Source: an uncultured Flavobacteriales bacterium (lineage in GTDB: Bacteria; Pseudomonadota; Alphaproteobacteria; UBA8366; CAVOAK01). From it: a stretch of DNA of 64,000 nucleotides. The position numbers were made by a program, and so were the translations under genes. The stretch lies in NCBI GenBank assembly GCA_964419045.1, contig CAYQNO010000023.1, forward strand, positions 3,720 through 67,719. The letters run 5' to 3'. The notes beneath the pieces were generated by a model, which was not told the origin of the DNA, did no database searches, and was given only the letters and a program-made list of their open reading frames with translations. Within the stretch, counting starts at the first letter, position 1, and each line of letters begins with the position of its first letter. Positions 57,897 to 64,000 of this stretch are shown piece by piece.

Positions 57897-58508
57897 TCAT
57901 AACGGAATTGTTTTGCTTGGCGTCTTAAAGTGCTCGTAGGTACCTTGATTGATATCGAAACCAATACGCTCTGAAAGGGTTTCTAGAGCACGGCCATACA
58001 TGTGCAGATGCATTGTGGGTAAGTTGCCTTGGTTTTCTATGCTGTGAATGTCGTTGGGCAACAATGTGACTCCGACGTTCGGTCGGACAACCACTTCCCG
58101 GTCAAATTCGATAGTTGCCTTGCCAGCCACAGAACCGTCATCAGTTCGACGGAAGAGCCGGTTAACCTCATTCCCTTCTACTGCTGTTACCACCGCCCAG
58201 GTCGTGTGGTTGTGGGGCCTTGAGTAGTGACCGGGCATTACTCGATTCAAATAAAGAGCGAAGGTTTGATCAGCATCCACAGAGAGCATATACCGTCGCG
58301 TTGTATCGCCGTCGGTAGGCACTGGAAAATCGCTTGCCGGAAATAATTCGATTTGAGTTGCGAGGTCATATAGTTCTTCACGAACACGCTCAAGAGAGGT
58401 AGAGTTTACACCATTATTTTCAATAATGTTGTGGATATTCTCCACTATCTTCTCGACTGTAACCTCTCTCAGATCCGCAATCGATACAGTCTCGGATAAT
58501 GCTGTCAT
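57897..58508 (-). CDS. Cysteine-dioxygenase-type-I-like cupin (thiol dioxygenase family)
   Basis: 3-His cupin pattern RPHNHTTWAVVTAVEGNE ... NDIHSIEN ... LHMYG, laid out as in bacterial CDO/Mdo homologues. 81 nt upstream of sseA on the same strand. Confidence 0.65.
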   Translation of the reverse strand: MTALSETVSIADLREVTVEKIVENIHNIIENNGVNSTSLERVREELYDLATQIELFPASDFPVPTDGDTTRRYMLSVDADQTFALYLNRVMPGHYSRPHNHTTWAVVTAVEGNEVNRLFRRTDDGSVAGKATIEFDREVVVRPNVGVTLLPNDIHSIENQGNLPTMHLHMYGRALETLSERIGFDINQGTYEHFKTPSKTIPL

Positions 58509-58699
58509 GTTACTCTCCTTGTACCACTCGAGATGTCAGACGGTTCTATCGAACCTAACGTCAGCAAATGCCTGCTGCAAGCGCTTGTATCAATTAGCGT
58601 AAGCGGCTAAGAGTTTTACAGACCCTTCTTGATATTGGGGCTACTCTAAATTAACGTTTGTATAAGAAACACCTGATACTTCCCAGGAGTATAAATGGA

Positions 58700-59884
58700 A
58701 TGACATTTAAGAGAGCAGCAGAGTTTGGTTGGGATTGGATATCTTTGCCCAAAATTGAGGGCACGTCATCTCGCCAAGCACATGTGGCGCTTCCTGAAGG
58801 CACGGTAGAACGTCAGCTTGGCAAGGAAGGGTTTTATGGGCCAGCAACGCACATGTATCATACCCATCTACCGACTGAATTTTCAAAGTTTGAAGGTCCG
58901 TTGCATGGCCGAGCTTGGGATCTTGGTGAATATGAAAACATCGATAGCTCACCCTGGGACGCTGTCGAGTGTGTATCCAATAAACACTGTAATATTCGTT
59001 TCTGGAATACGAAGGGAAAAATGACTCACCTGGTACGTAATGCCGACGGTGATGATCTATTGTTCATCCACGAGGGCAAAGGTCACCTATATTGCGATTA
59101 TGGACATCTGGAATTTAGAGAGGGTGATTATATCGTTATACCACGCGGTACCATGTGGCGTACTGAGCCTGAGGGTAGTTTGAAGATGCTAATGATCGAG
59201 GCGACCAATGAATCCTTCAGATTGCCAGACAAAGGACTGATGGGGACGAATACGGTCTTTGATCCGGCTATGTTTGATTGCCCGGTCATTGATGATGCTT
59301 TCAAGGCGCAGCAGGGTGAAATTAGCTGGCAATTGAAAATCAAGCGGCGTGGACAGATATCGACCGCGACGTATGCTTTTAATCCGTTGGACGCTGTCGG
59401 CTGGCATGGTTCTCTGTGCCCAGTACGCATAAACTGGCGCGACTTGAGGCCGGTGATGAGTCATCGTATGCATATGCCTATTTCTGCACATACTACATTT
59501 GTAGCTGATCGCTTCGTAGTATGCACATTTGTGCCACGGCCGTTAATCGAAAGTGACCCAGAACTTGTACGTGTACCGGCTTTCCACTCAAATGATGAGA
59601 TGGATGAAATTGCATTCTATCATTCGGGTAGTTTCATTCATCGAGAGGACCTTGCTGAAGCGATGCTGACTCATTTACCATCAGGCTATATCCATGGTCC
59701 GGCTCCTGACATGATGAAAAATGCTTCTCCATCCACTGGCGTTGAGACGAATACTTGGATTGATGGTGTGGCAATCAGCATTGACACACGGGACGGAATG
59801 ACAGCCAAGAATATTCCTGATGAGCTAGAGCGAATCGACTGGCACCTCGCTTGGCAGGCTCCGGCAGCTAAGGCGGCGGAATAG
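58700..59884 (+). CDS. Homogentisate 1,2-dioxygenase-family protein (divergent)
   Basis: C-terminal metal-site region PAFHSNDEMDEIAFYHSG...THLPSGYIHGPAPD resembles the HGD His/Glu/His region. ATG 58700 lies 10 nt after CAGGAG. Confidence 0.7.
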   Translation: MTFKRAAEFGWDWISLPKIEGTSSRQAHVALPEGTVERQLGKEGFYGPATHMYHTHLPTEFSKFEGPLHGRAWDLGEYENIDSSPWDAVECVSNKHCNIRFWNTKGKMTHLVRNADGDDLLFIHEGKGHLYCDYGHLEFREGDYIVIPRGTMWRTEPEGSLKMLMIEATNESFRLPDKGLMGTNTVFDPAMFDCPVIDDAFKAQQGEISWQLKIKRRGQISTATYAFNPLDAVGWHGSLCPVRINWRDLRPVMSHRMHMPISAHTTFVADRFVVCTFVPRPLIESDPELVRVPAFHSNDEMDEIAFYHSGSFIHREDLAEAMLTHLPSGYIHGPAPDMMKNASPSTGVETNTWIDGVAISIDTRDGMTAKNIPDELERIDWHLAWQAPAAKAAE

Positions 59885-60005
59885 GACAGGGAGAATTTTG
59901 GCATAAGCAGTTTAGGTTATCTGTTTCCGCCGGAAATTACAAAATCACTGTGGCGTGCTAATTGGGTGGGAAGTAGCCTGCCAGTATGTTGATTTGGATA
60001 GTATC

Positions 60006-62333
60006 ATGAGGACATCAACTTCACGACGATTTGTGCGTACAGCGTCTCATTGGGGAGCCTATTCGGCGGAAGTAGTAGGTAACCGTGTCGTCGGTGTGAA
60101 ACCGTTTGAGAACGATGAATATCCCTCCGCACTTCTCCAATCGATCCCGGATATGGTTCATGGTTCAGATCGTGTTGATCAGCCATATGTGCGAGAGAGC
60201 TTTTTAAGACTTGGTAAGGGCAGTAACCGCGCTGGACGCGGAGTTGAACCATTTGTTCCTGTTACGTGGGAGACTGCCCTTGATCTTGTTTCCAGTGAAA
60301 TCCGAAGGGTCAAAGAATGTTACGGTAACGCCTCTATCTATGCTGGTTCATTCGGCTGGGCGAGTGCAGGGGCGTTGCACCACGCGCAGGGGCTAGTCAA
60401 ACGGTTTATGAATTGTTACGGCGGCGCGACTGTATATACGTCAGGGTATTCAATGGGTGCAGCAGGAATATTATTGCCACGCATCTTAGGAAACGCGTCT
60501 GCAGCAGCCGGTCCAGTAACTACCTGGTCGAGTATTGCTGAAAATACCGAGCTTATGATTTCATTTGGTGGGCTTCCGCTAAAAAACATGCAGGTAGAAG
60601 CATTCTGTGCCGGTGAACATTCAGCCGAAAAATGGGTTCGTAAGATTGGTAGTGGCGGCTGTGAGGTTGTCTATGTTGGACCAGTTCGGGGCACGGATGT
60701 TGCCGATTTTCTTGACGCTGAATGGATTCATCCAAGGCCAGGCTCGGATACCGCGATGATGCTAGGTATAGCTCACACAATCGTTACTGAGTCGCTCTAT
60801 GACCAGGATTTTTTGAGACGATATACGGTTGGTTTTGAGCGGTTTTTAGCTTACCTGATAGGCGAAGTAGACGGTACGCCCAAGACACCCGAATGGGCTG
60901 AAAAGATTACGGAAATTAGTGCAGAGAAAATCCGGTGTCTGGCGCGCAAAATGGCAGCTGCTCGCACAATGATAACTGTTAGTTGGTCGCTGCAACGCGC
61001 AGATCATGGTGAGCAGCCGTTTTGGATGGCAATTACACTCGCCGCAATGTTAGGTCAGGTTGGACTGCCGGGAGGTGGTTTTGGTTGCTATGGTTCAGTT
61101 AACCGTCTCGGTAATCATCACCGCGTGGTGCCCTCTCCACACATGTCACAAGGCGAGAACCCAATAGGCAAAGCTATTCCGGCTGTATGCATTACCGATA
61201 TGTTGCTTAATCCGGGTAAAATGTTGGACTTCAATGGCACCAAATTAGCTTACCCGGATATCAAGTTGATTTACTGGTGTGGTGGCAATCCGTTTCATCA
61301 TCAACAAAACCTAAATCGATTGCTACAGGGTTGGCGGTGTCCAGAAACAATAATTGTCAACGAAATTGCCTGGACAGCCACTGCGCGACACTCGGATATT
61401 GTACTGCCGGCGACCTCGACGCTGGAGCGGAACGATATTACTGCAAGTGGTGGTGACCGTTATTTGTTTGCAATGCATAAGGCGATAGATCCAGTAGGTA
61501 GGGCCCGCAACGATTTTGATATATTTTCTGATCTAGCTGAGCGTCTTGGATTTAGGGAAAAGTTTACTGGGGGTTTATGCGAAAACGAGTGGCTGCGTTA
61601 TCTCTATGACTTGTCATGTCAACAAGGTGCCCGGCATGGTGTGGAACTACCGGAGTTTGAGGTGTTTTGGGAGAGAGGTTTTGTTGACGTTGAGCCGGCA
61701 AATACGCCGATGGTCTTGATGAGTGACTTTCGCAACGACCCAGAGGCGAACCCGCTAAATACCCCGTCCGGTAAGATCGAGATTTTCTCCGAGGCAATCG
61801 CCGCATTTGATTACGAGGACTGCCCAGGGCATCCGACTTGGCTAGAGCCAGGAGAATGGCTGGGAGCAAAGGAAAAGGTAAAGCGTTTTCCACTCCATCT
61901 GATTTCTAATCAACCTGCCGGTCGGTTGCATAGTCAAATGGATAGTGGGCGCATTAGCAAGGGTTTAAAGGTCGATGGCCGAGAAGCAATTTGGCTTAAT
62001 CCGATAGATGCCGCTGCACGAGGTATAGCTGATGGTGATACCGTACGCGCATTTAACCAACGCGGACAGTGCTTAGTGGGGGCGAGAGTTACCGACTCTA
62101 TCAGAAACGGTGTAGTACTTATTCCAACTGGAGCTTGGTACGATCCGGTGAAACCAGGACAAGTTGGCTCACTTGATCGCCACGGTAATCCTAATGTGCT
62201 GACGTTGGATAAGGGAACGTCGAAGTTAGGTCAGGGATCAATCGCACAATCCGCATTGATTGAAGTCGAGAAATGGCAAGTGGATGTACCCTTAGTCTCT
62301 GTCTTCGATCCCCCGCGCGTCGTGGCTAGGTAA
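60006..62333 (+). CDS. Molybdopterin oxidoreductase of the DMSO-reductase family, BisC/TorZ-like (cytoplasmic S-/N-oxide reductase type)
   Basis: N-terminus MRTSTSRRFVRTASHWGAY resembles the BisC start. There is no twin-arginine signal and no N-terminal Cys cluster. About 775 aa. Confidence 0.8.
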   Translation: MRTSTSRRFVRTASHWGAYSAEVVGNRVVGVKPFENDEYPSALLQSIPDMVHGSDRVDQPYVRESFLRLGKGSNRAGRGVEPFVPVTWETALDLVSSEIRRVKECYGNASIYAGSFGWASAGALHHAQGLVKRFMNCYGGATVYTSGYSMGAAGILLPRILGNASAAAGPVTTWSSIAENTELMISFGGLPLKNMQVEAFCAGEHSAEKWVRKIGSGGCEVVYVGPVRGTDVADFLDAEWIHPRPGSDTAMMLGIAHTIVTESLYDQDFLRRYTVGFERFLAYLIGEVDGTPKTPEWAEKITEISAEKIRCLARKMAAARTMITVSWSLQRADHGEQPFWMAITLAAMLGQVGLPGGGFGCYGSVNRLGNHHRVVPSPHMSQGENPIGKAIPAVCITDMLLNPGKMLDFNGTKLAYPDIKLIYWCGGNPFHHQQNLNRLLQGWRCPETIIVNEIAWTATARHSDIVLPATSTLERNDITASGGDRYLFAMHKAIDPVGRARNDFDIFSDLAERLGFREKFTGGLCENEWLRYLYDLSCQQGARHGVELPEFEVFWERGFVDVEPANTPMVLMSDFRNDPEANPLNTPSGKIEIFSEAIAAFDYEDCPGHPTWLEPGEWLGAKEKVKRFPLHLISNQPAGRLHSQMDSGRISKGLKVDGREAIWLNPIDAAARGIADGDTVRAFNQRGQCLVGARVTDSIRNGVVLIPTGAWYDPVKPGQVGSLDRHGNPNVLTLDKGTSKLGQGSIAQSALIEVEKWQVDVPLVSVFDPPRVVAR

Positions 62334-62338
62334 CACTA

Positions 62339-63106
62339 GTGTTAGAGCTCTACAATTTTCCGCCTTCGACGTGTAGTCTCAAAGTAAGAATTTGCCTCGC
62401 TGAGAAGGGGCTCGAATGGATAGATCATCGGATGGATTCTCGAAAAGGGCTACATCTTCAACCTGAATATTTGAAGCTAAACCCAAATGGCGTGGTGCCG
62501 ACGCTCGTTCATGATGGTAATGTTATAACTGACTCATCAGTTATCTTAGAATATCTCGACGAAGTTTTTCCTGAGATTTGCATGACGCCTGATGACCCGG
62601 TCCAACGTGCACACATGCGTAAGTGGCTCCGCTACTTTGAAGAAGTTGCGACACCCGCGGTTCGCTATCCATCCTTTAATAGTGTGCTTATTCATGCTTT
62701 CAGAAAACTACCAAAAGATAAGTTTGAGAGGGCAGCCAAGTCCCGTCCTTTGAGAAAAGGTTTTTATCTTCGAATGGGACAAGATGGTTTTGGCGAAGAG
62801 GAAATCGCTAAGGCTGTTGATGACATCCGTAATACAGTCCACCGGATGGAAGATATGCTTGCCCGCGGTGGTCCGTGGCTATTAGGTCCAAAGTACACTC
62901 TGGCAGATATTTGCATTGCGCCTTTGATTGATCGAATGGAAGATTTGGGCTGGGAGCAAATATGGGAAAACAATCATCCCCACGTTACTTACTGGTTCGG
63001 ACAAATAAAAAATCGGCCAGCCTATGGAAAAGCTTACTATGAGGGTGCACGTTTTTCTGAAATATATCCAGAACTAGGGCTCGGACGCTCGACTCCACCG
63101 AGGTGA
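62339..63106 (+). CDS. Glutathione S-transferase (zeta/theta-like N-terminal motif)
   Basis: N-terminal PPSTCSLKVRICLAEKG resembles the zeta-class SSCxxRVRIAL motif, and VVPTLV is present. GTG start 5 nt after the previous stop. Confidence 0.75.
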   Translation: MLELYNFPPSTCSLKVRICLAEKGLEWIDHRMDSRKGLHLQPEYLKLNPNGVVPTLVHDGNVITDSSVILEYLDEVFPEICMTPDDPVQRAHMRKWLRYFEEVATPAVRYPSFNSVLIHAFRKLPKDKFERAAKSRPLRKGFYLRMGQDGFGEEEIAKAVDDIRNTVHRMEDMLARGGPWLLGPKYTLADICIAPLIDRMEDLGWEQIWENNHPHVTYWFGQIKNRPAYGKAYYEGARFSEIYPELGLGRSTPPR

Positions 63107-63247
63107 CCTTGATCGTATTGCGGGGCTTTGAAGCATTGCCCAACTGTGATAACGCTTCGTAAGATAAAAATTTGCAAATTGTTGAACAGATAAAATTTTT
63201 TATGGCCGGCATCAAACAAACTGATGTTTCGGTAAGGATACTGATTA

Positions 63248-64000
63248 ATGAAATCGCCAGAACCAACGATAATAAAGCCTGAAGACATAGATCCTAGACA
63301 CGACTGGCGTGGAGCGATTCCTGCCCCCGGTCACACAGCGGTTGATTTTGAGGAGCGTGTCGATTTTAGGCGACTCCACAACTATCGTCTTGCCTGTACG
63401 CGCAATGCGCTCAAGAATTCTGAACTTGGAGCTCTATTGTGTTTTGATAATAACAATATTCGATATATCACCAGTACTAACATTGGCGAGTGGGCACGCG
63501 ACAAGGTTGCACGTTACGCATTGCTTGCGGGCGGAGAACAGCCTCATCTCTGGGACTTTGGCTCAGCAGCGGCACATCACCGTATTCATGCGACTTGGTT
63601 GCCACAAAGTTGTTGCCACGCGGGTATGGTCGGGCTACGTGGTGCCGTACCGCCGAGTGCAGGTCTTATGCGTAAGGCCGCGGAGGAGATAAAGGCGATG
63701 CTTGTGCAAGCGGGTGTTGCAGATCTACCACTCGGAATCGATATTGCCGAGCCACCAATGATTTTCGAATTACAACGGCAAGGTATAGATGTAAGGGACG
63801 GCCAGCAGGTCATGTTGGACGCTCGGGAAGTAAAGAGTATGGATGAGATAACCCTTCTGAATATGGCTGCAGCCATGGTGGATGGAACTTATCAGATGCT
63901 CTACGAGGAGATGAAACCTGGTGTCCGTGAGAACGATTTGGTCGCCAAGGCGAATGACATGCTCTACTCTATGGGCTCTGATGATGTCGAAGCTATCAAC
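63248..64000 (+). CDS. M24-family metallopeptidase-fold protein (creatinase / DddP-like), first 251 codons; runs off the right edge
   Basis: Missing from the ORF track because it has no stop in the window. Hand translation from ATG 63248: MKSPEPTIIKPEDIDPRHDW...LLCFDNNNIRYITSTNIGEW...EVKSMDEITLLNMAAAMVDG. This shows a creatinase/prolidase-type N-domain followed by the beginning of the pita-bread domain. Confidence 0.7.
   Translation, partial: MKSPEPTIIKPEDIDPRHDWRGAIPAPGHTAVDFEERVDFRRLHNYRLACTRNALKNSELGALLCFDNNNIRYITSTNIGEWARDKVARYALLAGGEQPHLWDFGSAAAHHRIHATWLPQSCCHAGMVGLRGAVPPSAGLMRKAAEEIKAMLVQAGVADLPLGIDIAEPPMIFELQRQGIDVRDGQQVMLDAREVKSMDEITLLNMAAAMVDGTYQMLYEEMKPGVRENDLVAKANDMLYSMGSDDVEAIN

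Noticed and set aside
63309-63876. Track ORFs 63309..63692(+), 63490..63675(+) and 63586..63876(-)
   Set aside because: They overlap a different plus frame (from ATG 63248) that stays open to the window end and encodes a recognisable M24/creatinase-like protein. The listed ORFs are out-of-frame or antisense shadows.
1-64000. CRISPR arrays, IS elements, toxin-antitoxin pairs or known anti-phage defence gene sets
   Set aside because: I scanned for regularly spaced repeats and for nuclease, helicase, ATPase, reverse-transcriptase and transposase-like ORFs. None was seen. The only repeats are short: a 2 x 10 bp tandem at 53301, a decamer pair at 17830/17881 and the operator-like heptamers.

Overview
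Densely coding, chromosomal-looking window. Gene order (ispB / DUF2007 / methyltransferase / S49 peptidase / glyQS) suggests a marine-type alphaproteobacterium; that taxonomic guess is inference only. I support about 58 CDS (two run off the window edges and are missing from the ORF track), one tRNA-Pro(CGG), one clear intrinsic terminator and a few short repeats or operator-like sites. I saw no integrase, transposase, phage gene, CRISPR array or recognisable defence system. The main locus is the left 13.8 kb. It is a single-strand cluster with a divergent GntR regulator: DAO-type flavoprotein, GS-like ligase (GmaS-like), three GltB-domain-like proteins (MgsABC/GlxBCD-like), a 137-aa unknown, a C-N hydrolase, a 196-aa unknown, a betaine/TMAO-type ABC importer and a DUF1989 protein (Tdm-like, truncated by the edge). 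This looks like a methylated-amine catabolic island with non-canonical content: extra genes, and one flavoprotein where the four-subunit NMG dehydrogenase would be. It is my best candidate for undescribed biology. Other loci worth a look: a stand-alone 10-formyl-THF-dehydrogenase-N-domain-like protein paired with a lone DUF1116 protein behind a G11 tract (31-33.3 kb); a TPR-GT9 protein coupled to a glycosyltransferase-like::DUF924 fusion (37.6-41 kb); a thiol-dioxygenase-like cupin plus SseA; and a homogentisate-dioxygenase-like / BisC-like molybdoenzyme / zeta-like GST / DddP-or-creatinase-like M24 neighbourhood (57-64 kb). The remainder is housekeeping or ordinary accessory content: fetAB-like, znuCB, apt, a Mce/Mla-type transporter, glyQS, ispB, an LPS-core-like glycosyltransferase operon, ygfZ, acuI/yhdH-like, fhs. 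All functional calls rest on motif and family recognition by eye; no database search was run.
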